NCBI RefSeq assembly: GCF_036321535.1
Contig: NC_087436.1
Location: 114,578,001 to 114,642,000 of the forward strand
Reading direction: 5' to 3'
Length of the DNA: 64,000 nucleotides
From: Camelus dromedarius
Taxonomy: Eukaryota
The notes under the pieces were generated by a model that saw nothing but the letters and a program-made list of their open reading frames with translations, was not told the DNA's origin and did no database searches. Numbering within the stretch: the first letter of the stretch is position 1; each line of letters opens with the position of its first letter. Below, piece by piece: positions 11,745 to 24,910 of the stretch. The position numbers and the translations under genes were made by a program.

Positions 11745-13250
11745 GTAAGTTATTAATGTTTATCTATAGTAAAGTTTATTTGCCTATCCTATAGTTTTTA
11801 TTCCTAAAAAAATTTGGTGATTGGAAACATAAATAGATACCACTTTCCTGAAGTGACCAAGTTGCTTGAGGAGAAAATTCCTAAAGATGTGCGCAGTCTT
11901 TTCAATAACAGTTTTGATGCTTGATCTGTCGTAACTCCTCTGCTGCTTTGGCCAGTTCCTCGTTAAGGTAAGTTCTGTTCTGACTGTGTGTTTTGGCTTC
12001 CTGTGGTCTAAGGAAGCAGTGTGGACTATTAAGAACAGCAACACAGCTGCAGATTTTATGATACTGCACTGCAGCTTCAGCTCTGCCCCAGAGATTTTGA
12101 GAGATACATTTCATTAAATACCCTATTCTAGGGAAGAAAGAAAGCAGTGTCTGCATGGAATTTTGTGTGCATTTTTCCTTGCTCTCATCTCATAAGCTTC
12201 CCTTTCTAAATTTTTGAGGTTTGTTCTTAAAGATTTTTTTTTTTTTTTGAAAAAAAGTGTATTGGGGGAGGAGTGGTGCTTGGTAAAAATGATGGATAAG
12301 TAATTTTTGAGATCTGTCTCTTGGGCTATATGATATACAGCACATAAAAATTATAAGACTGAATTCAGTACAGGATTCTTATTTGGTTCATAGTTCTACA
12401 ATGCAGTTACCCTGGAATAGGAGACCTTAATAAGGGTTTTCAAATATATAAAATGTTATGATATGACCTAATATTCTACAACTTATTTGAGGTCAGAAAA
12501 AGAGAAAATGAATTAAATTGTACCATGGAGAATTCAGGTCAGGAACTGTTTCCTGGCTATAAACATTGTTAAATCAATACCAAGTATACTACCAAGAGAA
12601 TTATCTTCTCCAAAAGTCTTTAAAAATATAGTGCATTTTTTGTCTGTAATTGTTTAGGAAATAGTACTTCCTGAAGGACTAAACCGCGATTTCTTCATGA
12701 TGTGGTTTTGCACATTTAGATGAACATTTAATAAATCCAAGCCTTACTTTAAAACCATTACAAAGCAGGTGTGAATATCATTTCTCTGAAGAGTAAAAAT
12801 ATGAGTTTTATAATACTTTCTAGAAAACAGTATTACACATATCACAAAATAGATGGCTTGGGTACAAGATACACTTTTTTTTAAGCTTTAGTTAAATTTT
12901 GCTCATCTCTTTCATGGATCTAATTGAGTGAATCAGAAGCTTTTCAATTCATTGAAATCCCCCTTTACAAATCATAAGTTTTGATGAGTTTAGGTTCTAT
13001 TTTCTGAGTGCAGCTTTTCATTTTAGGAGATCATTTCTTAGTCATTTGTCATGTCACCAAAGCATTGGCTTATATTATAGTTAAATTTGTGCTTTACTGG
13101 AGATTTCCCATCACCTTTTGGGAAATTATAGAATAGAGGAGTAATGGGGGTTGGGATTTGTTTTCATTTTTTTTAGGATATAATCTCACCACCATCTGGA
13201 GTACTTGTGCATGATTATGTACATTATGTTGTGTGTTTGTGATGTCCTGT

Positions 13251-13338
13251 GAGGCATCCACCATTGGTCCCTGTCTAAGACAGGTTGTCAGACTAGATGG
13301 GCTATTGGGCTATACTGGTGATGCCATCTTAGGTTTTA
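13251..13338 (+). mobile_element. Ancient CR1-family 3' tail (Plat_L3 / LF-SINE-type tail)
   Basis: gaggcatc..cattggtccctgtctaagacagg..gactagatgggctattgg..catcttaggtttta aligns by eye with the recalled amniote CR1 3' end (GGCCACTGTCGGAGACAGGATACTGGGCTAGATGGACC..TTCTTATGTTCTTA). Confidence 0.6.
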
Positions 13339-14270
13339 AAAACATACACTTATATAAGTTATATGAATTTATGCAAAAAATGAATATAGTGTTATGTTTG
13401 AGACTTACTGGCGTTAAAGTCAAGAGAATTTTTTTGCTTTTGGCTTAGCGCTAACCCCTTTCTCATGTTTATAATACTCTCTTTCAGAATGAGATCATAT
13501 AACAGAGTTTGCAGTGACACAGAATGTTATATATATAAAATTAAGTGATTATAGATAAACATTTTCCTGGATATTATTTACCATAATGTCAGTGACCCAA
13601 TTCCATATAATCGATACAGTCATGTAGTGAATGGTCTTACAATGTGTTTCCAACTTGATGTTGCATTAGTATAGTAGTATGCATTCATTTTCTTTTTGAG
13701 GGATATAATTATATTAAAAGGCAAAGACTTTACATACTGGTTAAAGGCAAAGCATAAAAAACATTATGGAAAGACATTTGAAATTAGATTATTATGATCA
13801 TTATCTATACAGAGTCATCTTTTGCCTAAATGTGCTTTTAAAAATTCATCATTGTGTATTATTCTTTGCAAGTTAAATAGAAAGCATATGTTGAAAAGAA
13901 GTATGTGTAGGCTGTGAAAATATTGGCAGCTTTTAGCCAAAGTTTAGCAAAAGGATGAGATAGAAAGTTTCTATACAAAGAGTGTGTGTGTGTGAATTTG
14001 TTACATAGTATGAGCTTATAATTAGTAAGTTATAAAATCATTTGCTTTTTATTAAAATATAATAAACTCTCAGAAATTGGGCTGAGTCTTAGATAAAGAT
14101 GAATTATGGGTTTATTTTTATAAAAATTATATTTTATTACAGCTAAATACAGAGATCAACTAGAGAAGGTTAATGATATAGCCAGCAGAGGAGGGTACTT
14201 GCTTTAATGAAATAGAATTGGTAATTAGTAAGTTAATTATTTCAGCATTAATACTTAAAAACATGTAATA

Positions 14271-14502
14271 CATTTGACCCTTGAACAACACAGGAGTTAG
14301 GGGCATGTTTCTTTCCCGCAGTGAAAAATCCGTGTGTAACTTATAGTCAGTCCTTGTAAACACAGTTCCTCTTTATCCACGGTTCTGTAGCCGTGGATTG
14401 GATCAACTTTGGGTCATGTAGTGCTGCAGTGTTACTATTGAAAAAAACCATCGTGTAGGTGGACCTGCGCAGTTCAAACCCATGTTGTTCAAGGGTCAGC
14501 AG
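14271..14502. mobile_element. Tigger2-family MITE (TcMar-Tigger)
   Basis: TIRs catttgacccttgaacaaca / tgttgttcaagggtcagcag, with TA on the left flank. Confidence 0.9.
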
Positions 14503-14599
14503 TGCCTAAATTAATTTAGTTACTTTTATACTCTATTCTAAAGGCTATAAAGTGCTAGTTCGTGTTCTTAGTTGGTAGTATTTAAGGTTTTAAATGAAG

Positions 14600-14842
14600 C
14601 ATTGAGTTGTGGTTAACATCATTGGGCCTTAACTTTAGACAGACTTTGCTTACAAGCCTGAGCAGTGTGGTATCTAACAAGTTACTTTATGTCTTTAAGC
14701 CTCAATTTCTTCATTTGAAAATAAGAATAATAGTTTCTGTCTGATTAAGTTGGTTTAAAGATTAAATGAACTATTACATGCAAAATACTTGGTATGTGGT
14801 CTTATATACCATAAGTGCTCAATAAACTATTAGTTATTATTA
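14600..14842 (+). mobile_element. MIR SINE
   Basis: gtggttaac...aagcctcaatttcttcatttgaaaat...gattaaatga...aagtgctcaataaa. Confidence 0.8.
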
Positions 14843-15644
14843 ATCACAATAGCCTTTTAAAAGCACTGACTATAACTTCAATTTAAAAGATCACAAATTA
14901 CAAATTAGTAGAGCTGAACTAGTTATTTTACAAAAGTAGCCTGAAGGAAATTGTTCCTAGAGAATTCCTTTGTCCCGGTCTTACACCTTGTTTTTTTTTT
15001 CCCCATGATAGTTCTCATACCATGGGTAGGGCAATTCATTCAGCAAACATTCTTGAGTGCCAACTATGTATATTCAGCTAGCCATTGTCAATCTGTGCAA
15101 AGGTTGAACCAAAGAGAGTGCTTAAGGAGTAATTGAGACCTGCTAACCTAAGTCTTAATTTTATTCTTTTTCTCTACCATCTTCAAGTTTTCTAAAATCT
15201 TAACTTTCTTTTGCTTTGTCTGGTTGTTGGGATTAATAAATACATTTATGTTCAAATCTCCATGGAAGGCCCTACTTTTCCCTGGTGAGGTTAAAAAAAA
15301 AAATTCCTGGTAGGTAACTTTCAAGATGAGAAAGAGAGTAGGTCATCTACTTATTCTGTGTTTTAGGGAAGTTCTGTTGAAGTTTGATGAAATCTGTAGC
15401 CCACGTGCAGTATGATGTCTGACAGGCGATGGATCCAGCAACATAAGCATCTGGAAACAGTTATGTTACCACCTAAGGGAACGCCTGCAGTTCAGGGAGC
15501 CAGATCCATCCTGCCTAGTAACTGGCTTCCTGGCCTTGAAGGTCTTGCTCCCCCAGCAGTGGGCCCCTCTCACTTGATCAGAGCCTGTGGATTTTCACTC
15601 TGTGTCCACTTACTATGGGCTTATTACGGGGTGGACCTGACCAT

Positions 15645-16270
15645 GGCCTAACACACTGTCATCATCTCTCATGTGAACTATGGCACTAGCTTCCTAACTG
15701 CTCCTCCTGCTCCTAGCTTTGCTCTCCTACAATCCAGTTCCCAGATGGCAAATCATATTGGATGGCTTTTATTCTTAAAATCCTGTAGTGCTTTCTCATT
15801 ATATTTAGAGTGAAATCCAAACTCCTTATCCAAGTTTATCAAGCACTAGGTGATCTGGCTCCTCCCTACCTCTCAGACCTCATGTTCTACTAAATGCTCT
15901 CTTGTCCATAATATATGTAAGGCACATTTGTCTTTTTTTCTATTCCTAAAACATTCCAAGTTAATTTGGAATTTAGGGTTTCTTCTGCTCAAAATGCTTT
16001 TCCTTCCAGTCTTACTCGGCTGGCTCCATTTTGTCATTTGGGCAATGTCATCTTCTCAGAGTTGGGGTCCTTGACCACTCAAATCTACATGAGTCATCGA
16101 GTCCCTTTCTGTCAGGATGTTCTGTTTCAGTTATCTGCATAGTCTCATTGTCGTCTGATACCGTTTTTTGTTATATATCTTTCCCTACTAAAATCTAAGC
16201 TCTGTGAAAGCTAAGGACCTCATCGCTTAGAACAGTGCCTGAAAGAATGAATACTGAATGAATGAATAAA
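15645..16270 (+). mobile_element. L2 LINE 3' region
   Basis: Pyrimidine-rich L2 body ending cttagaacagtgcctga...gaatgaatgaat. Confidence 0.8.
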
Positions 16271-19029
16271 AGCCTTTCATGAAGACTGTTGAAATTAGAA
16301 GTGTTTATGGCCTGGGATGTGTTATTCAGGGAAAATGGTTTTCTTAATGAGGAAAAATACATATGTAGATACAGGATGGCCTTTGGGCCCAACTGGCCTA
16401 CTGAATTCCACTCTGGTGAATAGCGTCAGAGTTTCTTAGGAAACACATCAAAGTTATTTTATGCTGAATCATGTCTGAGGTTAAATGTCACAAATTTTAT
16501 GTCATGATTTTAGGTTAAATAAATCTAAAAAAATTAAGAATTTTGCTTCATTTTCTTAACTTGTGACTTTTATATGTAGAAACCTATACTTTCAACTTTT
16601 TGTTTACAAATTTTTAATTTCTCTGTTTAATTTAAAAAATCATAATCTTTAGTCAAATATAATTTTAATTTTTCTTTCAGTGTTTCGCAGAAGGTTCAAA
16701 TTAAAATGAAGTGAACATTCAGGAATATTAATTTTTTTAAAGGTTAATTTTATATTCAACCCGTGTTTTATAACCACATGGCATTTTAATTTGTCATTGT
16801 GTTATTTTCTATCTTTAAGCTGTTATGTTTTCCTACTATCTGATCCATCACCTAGTTTCTTCCCTGACTGGCTAACATTCTCAGTTGGATAGATTGTAAA
16901 CAGAAATTAACAGGGTTGCATAGGAGCTGCCCCCTTCCTGATTTATAGCTTCTAAGTTAGTGGAGGGGTGGTGGTTATCAGTAACTTGTATTGAGAGTAG
17001 GAATTATCACGCTCCAGTGTAGAGTGTATGGATGAATGATTTCTACTCTTAAAGATATTAAACAGATCCTTTCCCAAATAAAGACTAATAACTCAGATTT
17101 TTAAACAATCTTCATGACAGATGAGGGCATAGAGAAGAGTGCATCAACACTAATTAACAATGTTGAGTGTATATTCTTTTTAACAGTGATTGATTGTTCT
17201 TGGAGTACTATCTCTGCCCAGGAAGTGATGTTTTACACTGTGAGGTTCAAAGGTTACATTTTAATGTACCCTGTTAGTTGTGTTCCCTGAACTCAGAGGA
17301 AATGTATTAGTAAAACAAGTAAATTTTAAGTTGAAAATTTTACTGATGCTCTCAGTAAAATTATCACAAGCCTTTTAAAGACTATTCTTTATTCTTAGTA
17401 ATAGAGGAGTATGAGATGCTTATATGTCCAGCTCTGAGAACTTCATGGAAATTTACATGAAAATACTTCCCTATACTGTGCCTCTTTTAAGTCTTCAAAA
17501 ATTCTTATTTCATCTGGAGAGTGGAAATGTGAAATGTAGGTAACATTTACTTTGATTCCTATTTGGAAGGATTCATATCGACTTCTATAAAATTTATCAT
17601 CTACAATATTATAACAAAGTGAACGAGTGAATCATAATACCAATTTGCTTAAGAGAGTTTACAATTTATAAAGCATAAACAAAAACTTAAGGATTTGAAA
17701 AGTTCATTCTGTTTATACATTCTAAATTAAAATATTCCACCCTTTACCCATTTGTTTTAATACTTTAGTTCTTTTTGTTCTGGAAATAGTAAACCAGAAT
17801 ATCAGATCCAAGTGTCTTTTTCAGATTGACCTAATATTTCTGTTTCTGTTGCTTCATTTTCCTCTTTTTTTCCCCTCCCTTTGCATGTAAATTTGCCAAA
17901 CAGAGCTGTGATTATTTCCTCACTGGTGGATGCTGATAGCGTCTTACTCTGATACTGACAGCATCAGTACTCCTTATACTTGGAGAGTATTTTAATATAC
18001 ACACTTAAAGCTCTTCTTGTATGTGGTACTTCACACACCTACTATACTTTAAGAATATCTTGATAGTATTTCAAGTTTAATTGGCTGAGTATTTTCCTCA
18101 AATTAAATGCATAAGCTTGCATTCAGACTGGTGTTGTGACTGACATTGGGGAAGAAAATGTCAAATGAGTGCTTTTTTCATAATACTAATCAAAAACTAT
18201 TTTTCACCTGACGGTTGTTGCAGTGGTGTTATTATGTCATTACAGGGTTACTTTTTTGGGATGACCCACTTCAAACCGTTTTGACAGTATACAGTTTACT
18301 TAGCTTGAGAAGTATTATGGCTTTTGTGGTTTTGTTTTGTTTGTTTTGGGGGAATTGTGTAAGCATTTCAGTCATAGCAGTCTGTTTATATGATTTCAGT
18401 CTATCTTTTTATTGTCTTGATAGAGAAGGTTTATTAAACGATAAAGCATAATCCACCTTTTGTTTCTTTTATGATGAATCTGTGATTTTAAATTTTAGAA
18501 GAAATTAATTGTTCAGTATTAATATTAAATAAAATGCTAAATAAAATAACACGGCTATCAGGTTTTTCTGTGTGTGGAAAGATTTGAAATTTTCATTAAT
18601 GTAATTTAAGCCCCTTTAATAGTTTATTTTAATTTCTATTTGCAGTGATTGTGGAATAAATCCAATATTAGATTAAAAGAACACTATGAGAACACTATAG
18701 TGGAGATCGGAAAACTTTGTCCTGCTACTGTCATTTTATCTAGCTACATTACCTCAGCAATTTATTTAATCATTTGAGATGATCCTCATGTAAAATGAGA
18801 GGACTGTATGGGCAATCATAAGCACCTTCTATTCCTAAAATATGATGACCCAAACTATGTTCAGTTATAGGTCTGCTTAATTGAACATATTTATTGCCAT
18901 ACAATTTTAAGAGAGTTTTTAATTTTAGCTTTATGTGTAATTAAAATTCTGTCTAATCTTCGGAGATGGTTTCTTAGGCTCATTTTATCATTCATTTGTT
19001 AGATTATTTAGAATCCATTTTCTATGTGC

Positions 19030-19803
19030 AAGGGTTCTCTTTTCTTCACGTCCTTGCCAAAATTTATTTGTAGACTTTTTTGATAATGGCCATTCTGACC
19101 GGTGATAGCTCATTGTGGTTTTGATTTGCGTTTCCTTGATGATTAGCAGTGTTGAACATCTTTTCATGTGTTGTCTTCAGAAAAATGTCTATTCAGGTCT
19201 TCTGCCCATTTTTAAATCAGGTCTTTGCTTTTTTGATATTGAGTGGTGAGTGGTATGAGCTGATTATATATTTTGGATATTAATCCTTTTATTGGTCTTA
19301 TCATTTGTAAATATCTTGCATTCAGTGGGATTTTTTTGGTTTTGTCTGTGGTTTCCTTTGCTGTGCAAAAACTTTTAAGTTTAATTAGGTACCATTTGTT
19401 TATTTTTGCTTTTATTTCCTTTGGTGTAGTAGACAAACCCCCCAAAATATTTTTGTGATTTATGTCAAAAAGTGTTCTGCCTATGTTTTCTTCTAGGAGT
19501 TTTATGGTTTCAGATCTTACATTTAGGTCTTTAATCTATTTTGAGTTTGTCTTTGTGTGGTGTGAGAAAATGTTCTAATTTCATTCTCTTACAGCTTTTC
19601 CAGCACCACTTATTGAAGAGACTATATTTTCTCTATTGTATATTCTTGCCTCATTTGTCATAGATTAATTGACCATAGGTGTATGGGTTTATTTGGGGGC
19701 TCTCTCTTCTGTTCCGTTGATCTATGTGTCTTTTTTTGGTGCCAGTACCATGCTGTTTTGATTACTGTAGCTTTGTGGTATAATCTGAAGTCAGGGGACG
19801 TGA
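19030..19803 (-). mobile_element. L1 ORF2 C-terminal fragment
   Basis: Track ORF 19212..19445 contains KAKINKWYLIKLKSFCTAKET, an L1 ORF2 motif. Confidence 0.92.
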
Positions 19804-19971
19804 TAAAAATAGCATTTCTTTTTAACTTAAATTTGTGCTTGACTTCAGAATTTAGTTACTTTTCCTTTTCTTGACACTATTTTCTAAAATTCATATGAAT
19901 GTCTAGTTTTGCAGTATAAATGAAGCAATTCGGCAAGCATTTTCTTTGCTTTCTTATGTCATCTCTTATTT

Positions 19972-21540
19972 ATTTCATTCATTCAACAAATAGTCATTAA
20001 GCACCTATGTAGGTATTTCACTAGAGAAATACAGGCAATAGATAAGCAAATATATAACATGTTAAATAGTGATGTGTTGTATAGATAGATAAAGCAGGAA
20101 AGGAGAAAAAGGAAGTCTGAGAGGAGAGTGTTAAGAATTTAGATATAAAAGGAAAAGTCTGAGAAGATATCATTCGAGCAGAGACATAAAGGAGATGACA
20201 GAAAGTGCCACATAGATATCTGGAGGAAGAGTTATCCAAGTAGGAGGGGAAGAGCAGGTGCAAAGGCCTCCATCTAGTATTTGGAAATATATGAAACCAC
20301 GAGGAGGCACGTGTGTGTTTGTGTGTAGTGAGAGAGAGGGAGAGGGAGAGTGTTCGTAGCTGTATGTGCAGCTGCATATGGGGAATAGTGACTAAACGAA
20401 TAGTGTCAGAGTTGAAGATATAAAGAGAGAAGGATCTAGGAAGAGGAGAGAACAGGAAAGACTCTGTAGGCCATTGTAAGGGCTTTGAGTTTTACTCTGC
20501 GTGAGATGTGAAGCCACCGAGGGATCTGAGCAGAGTGAAGTGATTTAACTTGAAGGGATCACTACAGTTCCTGTTTTGAGAATATACCATAGTGGGTAAA
20601 AGTGGAAGCAAGGTAAACAGATAGGACACTTTTGGCAATCCGGGTGAGAAATAATGGTGACATGATCCATGGTGATAATAGTGAAGTAGTGAGAAGTGGT
20701 TGGATATATTTTGAAGGTGGGGTGATGGATTTTCTCATAGGTTGGTTGTAGAGTAGAGAGGAGAAGAAGCAAGATAATGCCAAGATTTTTGGTCTAAGCG
20801 TCCGGAAGGCTGAAGCTCAGTTTACTGAGGTCAGGAAGAGTGTGAGAAGAACAGATTTTTGGATAAGTGTCAAAGTTTGGTTTTGGACATGTTAGGTTTG
20901 AGACACTTACTAAGCCTCCATGTGGAGATGTCTAGTAGGAAGTTGGATATATGAGTTTATAATTCAGGGGCAAGATGAAGTCTAGAGATAAAAGTCTGGG
21001 AGTCAACAGCATGTTGATAATATTTAGGCCTTTGAGACTGAGTGAACTTTACATAGGAATGAGTATAAGAAGAGAAGAAAGAGGTCCAAAGATTAATCCT
21101 TGGGTTATAGCCGTGTTTTAAAGTTTGGGGAAGTGAAGAGAGATCAGCAGAGGAATTAAAATATGGCCAGTGGAGGTCAGGGGAAAATCAGGAGAGTGAA
21201 GTATCCTGGAAGCCAAATGTATAGGAGTTTTAAGGAGAAGGGTGTGATCAGCAGAGGAGGTCTGAGAATGGTTAGATTAAGCAGTACAGAGGCAATTGGT
21301 GGTGACCTTGGCAAGTGGAGTGCTTGGGGTGAAAGCTGAGTAGAGTGAGTTCAGGGAAGAAGGTGAATTGTAGACAGTGAATAGAGGCAACATGTATATG
21401 TTAACACCACTGAACAAGGGAGTCCATAAGTAGGGTAGCAGCTGGAGGGAGTCTGAGTCAGAATCTGAGTCTTGGTGTTTTTAAAGGAGAGATATTACAG
21501 CATGCTTTATGTTAATTGGAAAAGAGAAATAAACATGGGA
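19972..21540 (-). mobile_element. L2 LINE
   Basis: Starts cattcattcaacaaata..taagcaccta (antisense L2 tail); purine-rich body including ttttggacatgttaggtttgaga. Confidence 0.85.
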
Positions 21541-22367
21541 TGGATGGGTGTTGTGCAAACACCTGATGATTTAAGATACATGTCTTTTAAATTTTTTTGA
21601 ACTGGTTCTTGTTTTAGATACAGTTTGGAATGAGTCATTTCCATTCTTTACTCTTCAGTTTATTGTATTGGTTCTAATTAAATGAAAAGATAGCACATGA
21701 GGGGTCTGTGAGAACTTCCCCAATTCCTAAACTCCTCCTAGAGGGTTGAGGGGAATAAACAAGTAGAAAAGGACCAGAACAGAATACTAGATAGTTTCTC
21801 ACTTGATTTTAATTTTTACTAGCTATTTTTTGCTTTTTAAATTGTCTGATTCTTCCAGAAAAGTCACCCTTTTTAGAGCGAAGTGTTTTGTTTTGTTTTT
21901 GATGTTGATTTGGAATCATGCAGGTGTTCTTTAACTGAAGCTCCATGAAGGCAGAGACTGCCTTGTCTCTCTAGTATCAAGCTCGGTCCCTGGCACACAG
22001 AAAGTGCTCAATAAATCCTTGTTAATAGTGATTAGAAGATTATTAATTCTCTACTCAGTAAAAGATGGAACTGTGGAACTTTTGAGATAATGAAGTGAAA
22101 ATAAATTTTTCTGTAGCTTTTGTAATACTCTGAGGCCAGGTTTTTTATCTGGAAAAGGAAAAGGAATTTAATAACAGCGTAACTCTACTGCCACAGAAGA
22201 TCATGTAAAAAGCCTTGTATGTTGCACGCATAGTTATTGTGAAAACTAAAGTTTTAGCCCTAATCTCTTAATTTTTATTCAAAATTTTAATTTTAAAAAG
22301 ATGAGAAATTTCATTTTCCCTATAGGTATTTATTTCATGGTATATTCTAGCACTTTAATATTTTTAA

Positions 22368-22607
22368 TGTAGAGTCAGAAACACATTCTAAGTAAGACCA
22401 CTTAGGTTCAGATATGGGCTCACTTATTTAAATGTATGATCTCGTTAAGGTACTCACCCTCTTTGTACCTTAGTTTTGTCATCTGTAAAATGGGAATAAT
22501 AATAGTACCTACCTTATAAGGAAGTTGTTACAGGAATTTAATACATACAAATTTCCTAGAACTATGCCTGATACGTAATAGGTGCTATATGTGTGAGTTG
22601 TTATTAT
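22368..22607 (+). mobile_element. MIR SINE
   Basis: catctgtaaaatgggaataataatagtacctacct core. Confidence 0.85.
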
Positions 22608-24640
22608 ATTTCCCACTATCTATCCAAATCCTGTCTTCTAGTTATGGGTAATGAGAGGAGTTATTGCTAAGTCTATGTATTTTTTAAATTTAAGGATTTA
22701 AAGATTGAAAGCATTAAAAGTTTTGTGAAATATCTTTAAAATACCTAAATAATGATTAAATTTTTGGTTATAGTTATTGTTTGGAAGCCAACCTTCACTG
22801 GTAGTTTAGAAGTATATTTTTCTGGAAAATATTTAAATTCAATTGATGGAGGTAATAATAATTTTGATATTCAATCTGAATGGTGAAAGCTGGTGTACAG
22901 TTGCCATGAATTTTTGTCTCAAGTTTATTTTGCTATGTAGACATGTGTCTATTAAAAAAAAAGATGCTGCATAAACCATCATTTGAGTTTGAATGTGCTT
23001 CTGTTTTTGGTTGAGGTATAAATGTTATTTCTGGCTGTGTCCTTCATACTTAGCTCTTCTTACAACAAATGGAAAGGCCTTAATTGTACCTAAGGGAATA
23101 GTTAATCCACAGTGGACATATGGTGGACAAAAGCCGAGTCTAGTAAATGAAATAAAATTATAAATGGTAAACATGTGAATGCTTACAAAGTCTGGCAGCT
23201 ATAAAAGATAGCATATTGTTTCAGATTAGCAAATTTTGTGTGCAGCACAATAATAATAATTCTTTTCTTGGCATGTTTCTGTTGTATATGTATATGTAAA
23301 TTAAATTAAAAGGCATACTCTCAACTATGTATAAAGTGTATTTGTCTTTTTTTATTGTTCATTAAGCTTTGTGGTGTGAGTTTGACGTCAACAATAGAAG
23401 CTAAAGATCTCACATTTTTGGAAAGTTGCTTCTCTTTTGATTGGGGGCAGTTAATTAGCATTAACCCAGAACAGCTCTTGGGCTTTATGGATTTGAGCGT
23501 TATATGTGGTTGCACTGCTCCAGCAAAAGGTTAAGTATTAATGGAAAATGGTCACAGCCCTTTTACTTAAAGAAAACATGTTACTTGTAAGTTTTCTTTT
23601 GATTTTACTTTTACAGTTACATTGAATGTCTTCATTCATTTAGCCATCCATAAAGCAAATATTGTTGCACATGCAGTGGATAATAAGTCTTTTTAGGACT
23701 ACTTGTGTGGCATGTCACAGATCATTAACTGCAAGTAACCACCTGACTTGAGGGAAGCCTGGAAGCATCATTATAGTGAAATAAGCTTTTATTTAGGTAT
23801 CACTGCAGTACACTGATTTATTGAAATGTCACCAATTGCTACTGTGAAAATATATTCTCATTATCATTCAGGGAATGGAAAGATTAACCACTGTATACTG
23901 TAAAAGAGATATATTGCTAACAATGGAAAAACTAAGAATAAATACTAGTGTTGTCTGTATTTTGCTAATAATTACCTCTTATAGAATTAATTAGGTGATT
24001 AATTAGGCTAAATTAGGTGATTCCTTTAGGATACTGTCAAATCTGTGTGTGATTCTGTATATGTGTTAAATTAAAGGTGTGTTTAGAGTTCTAATTAGAA
24101 AAACCTTAAACTTAAGCAGCATAGAAAGACAGTAACAGACTTAATATAAATGTTTAACATAGTCAATTCATAAAGTAATAAGTTCTTCCTGTGAGCACAT
24201 GGCTGCTTCCAGGCACATATACATTACTCCAGCCTCTATAAAACTTGTTGTGGAAGCAAGATTGACATAGTGGACAAAAAGTACAAAAGAAAGACATCAC
24301 ATATACTACTATATCAATGGGAGGGAAAAATTGTCAGCTAAGGATTAAGAGGAATGTGTAACTCAAACTGAGTCTTTGCAAAACTAGTAGGGTTTGGATA
24401 TATAAATTGAAAGACTGAATTTCAGGCAAAATGTAGCATTTTAAGGTAAAGTATTTTTAGAGAGAAGTTGACAGAAATCTTGAGTCCTTCTTAAATATTT
24501 GATTCATTAGAGTCTGTACCATCTATTTACTATTTTTTAAAGCAATATAAGCTGTTGTGTGAATTTAGATTTTATTTGTGCTTTATCAGTTAAATTATAA
24601 TAAGTAAAGATTATATAATAGCACTTGGACATATTGGTGC

Positions 24641-24669
24641 TTTTTTTTTTTTTTTTTTTTTTTTTTTTT
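24641..24669. repeat. Poly(T)29 tract
   Basis: 29 consecutive T, read directly. Confidence 0.95.
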
Positions 24670-24764
24670 GTATCTGTTGTCCTTAGGTAGATAGCCTGCT
24701 GTTTCTTTTGGGCCAGTACTAAGTTCTTTAAATATGATAATAAAATGATGTCCCTTTTATAAGG

Positions 24765-24910
24765 CATCTGTTGTGTGCCAGGCATCATGCTAAATGATCT
24801 CCTTTTGAAAGAATGAGAACATTGAGTCTCAGAGAGTAACTTGTCAATTGTTAAATAGCTGGTAGGAGACAAATCCAGATTTGAACCCAGCTGTTTTCTG
24901 CCAAAGCACC
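24765..24910 (-). mobile_element. MIR SINE fragment
   Basis: tgtgccaggcatcatgctaaa...ctcagagagtaacttgtc...gatttgaacccag. Confidence 0.75.

Noticed and set aside
17925..17995. Short inverted repeats (gatgctg/cagcatc, tactga/tcagta) suggesting a snoRNA or pre-miRNA
   Set aside because: The stems are short and overlapping, with no properly placed C/D or H/ACA boxes; an Infernal/Rfam scan would be needed to revive it
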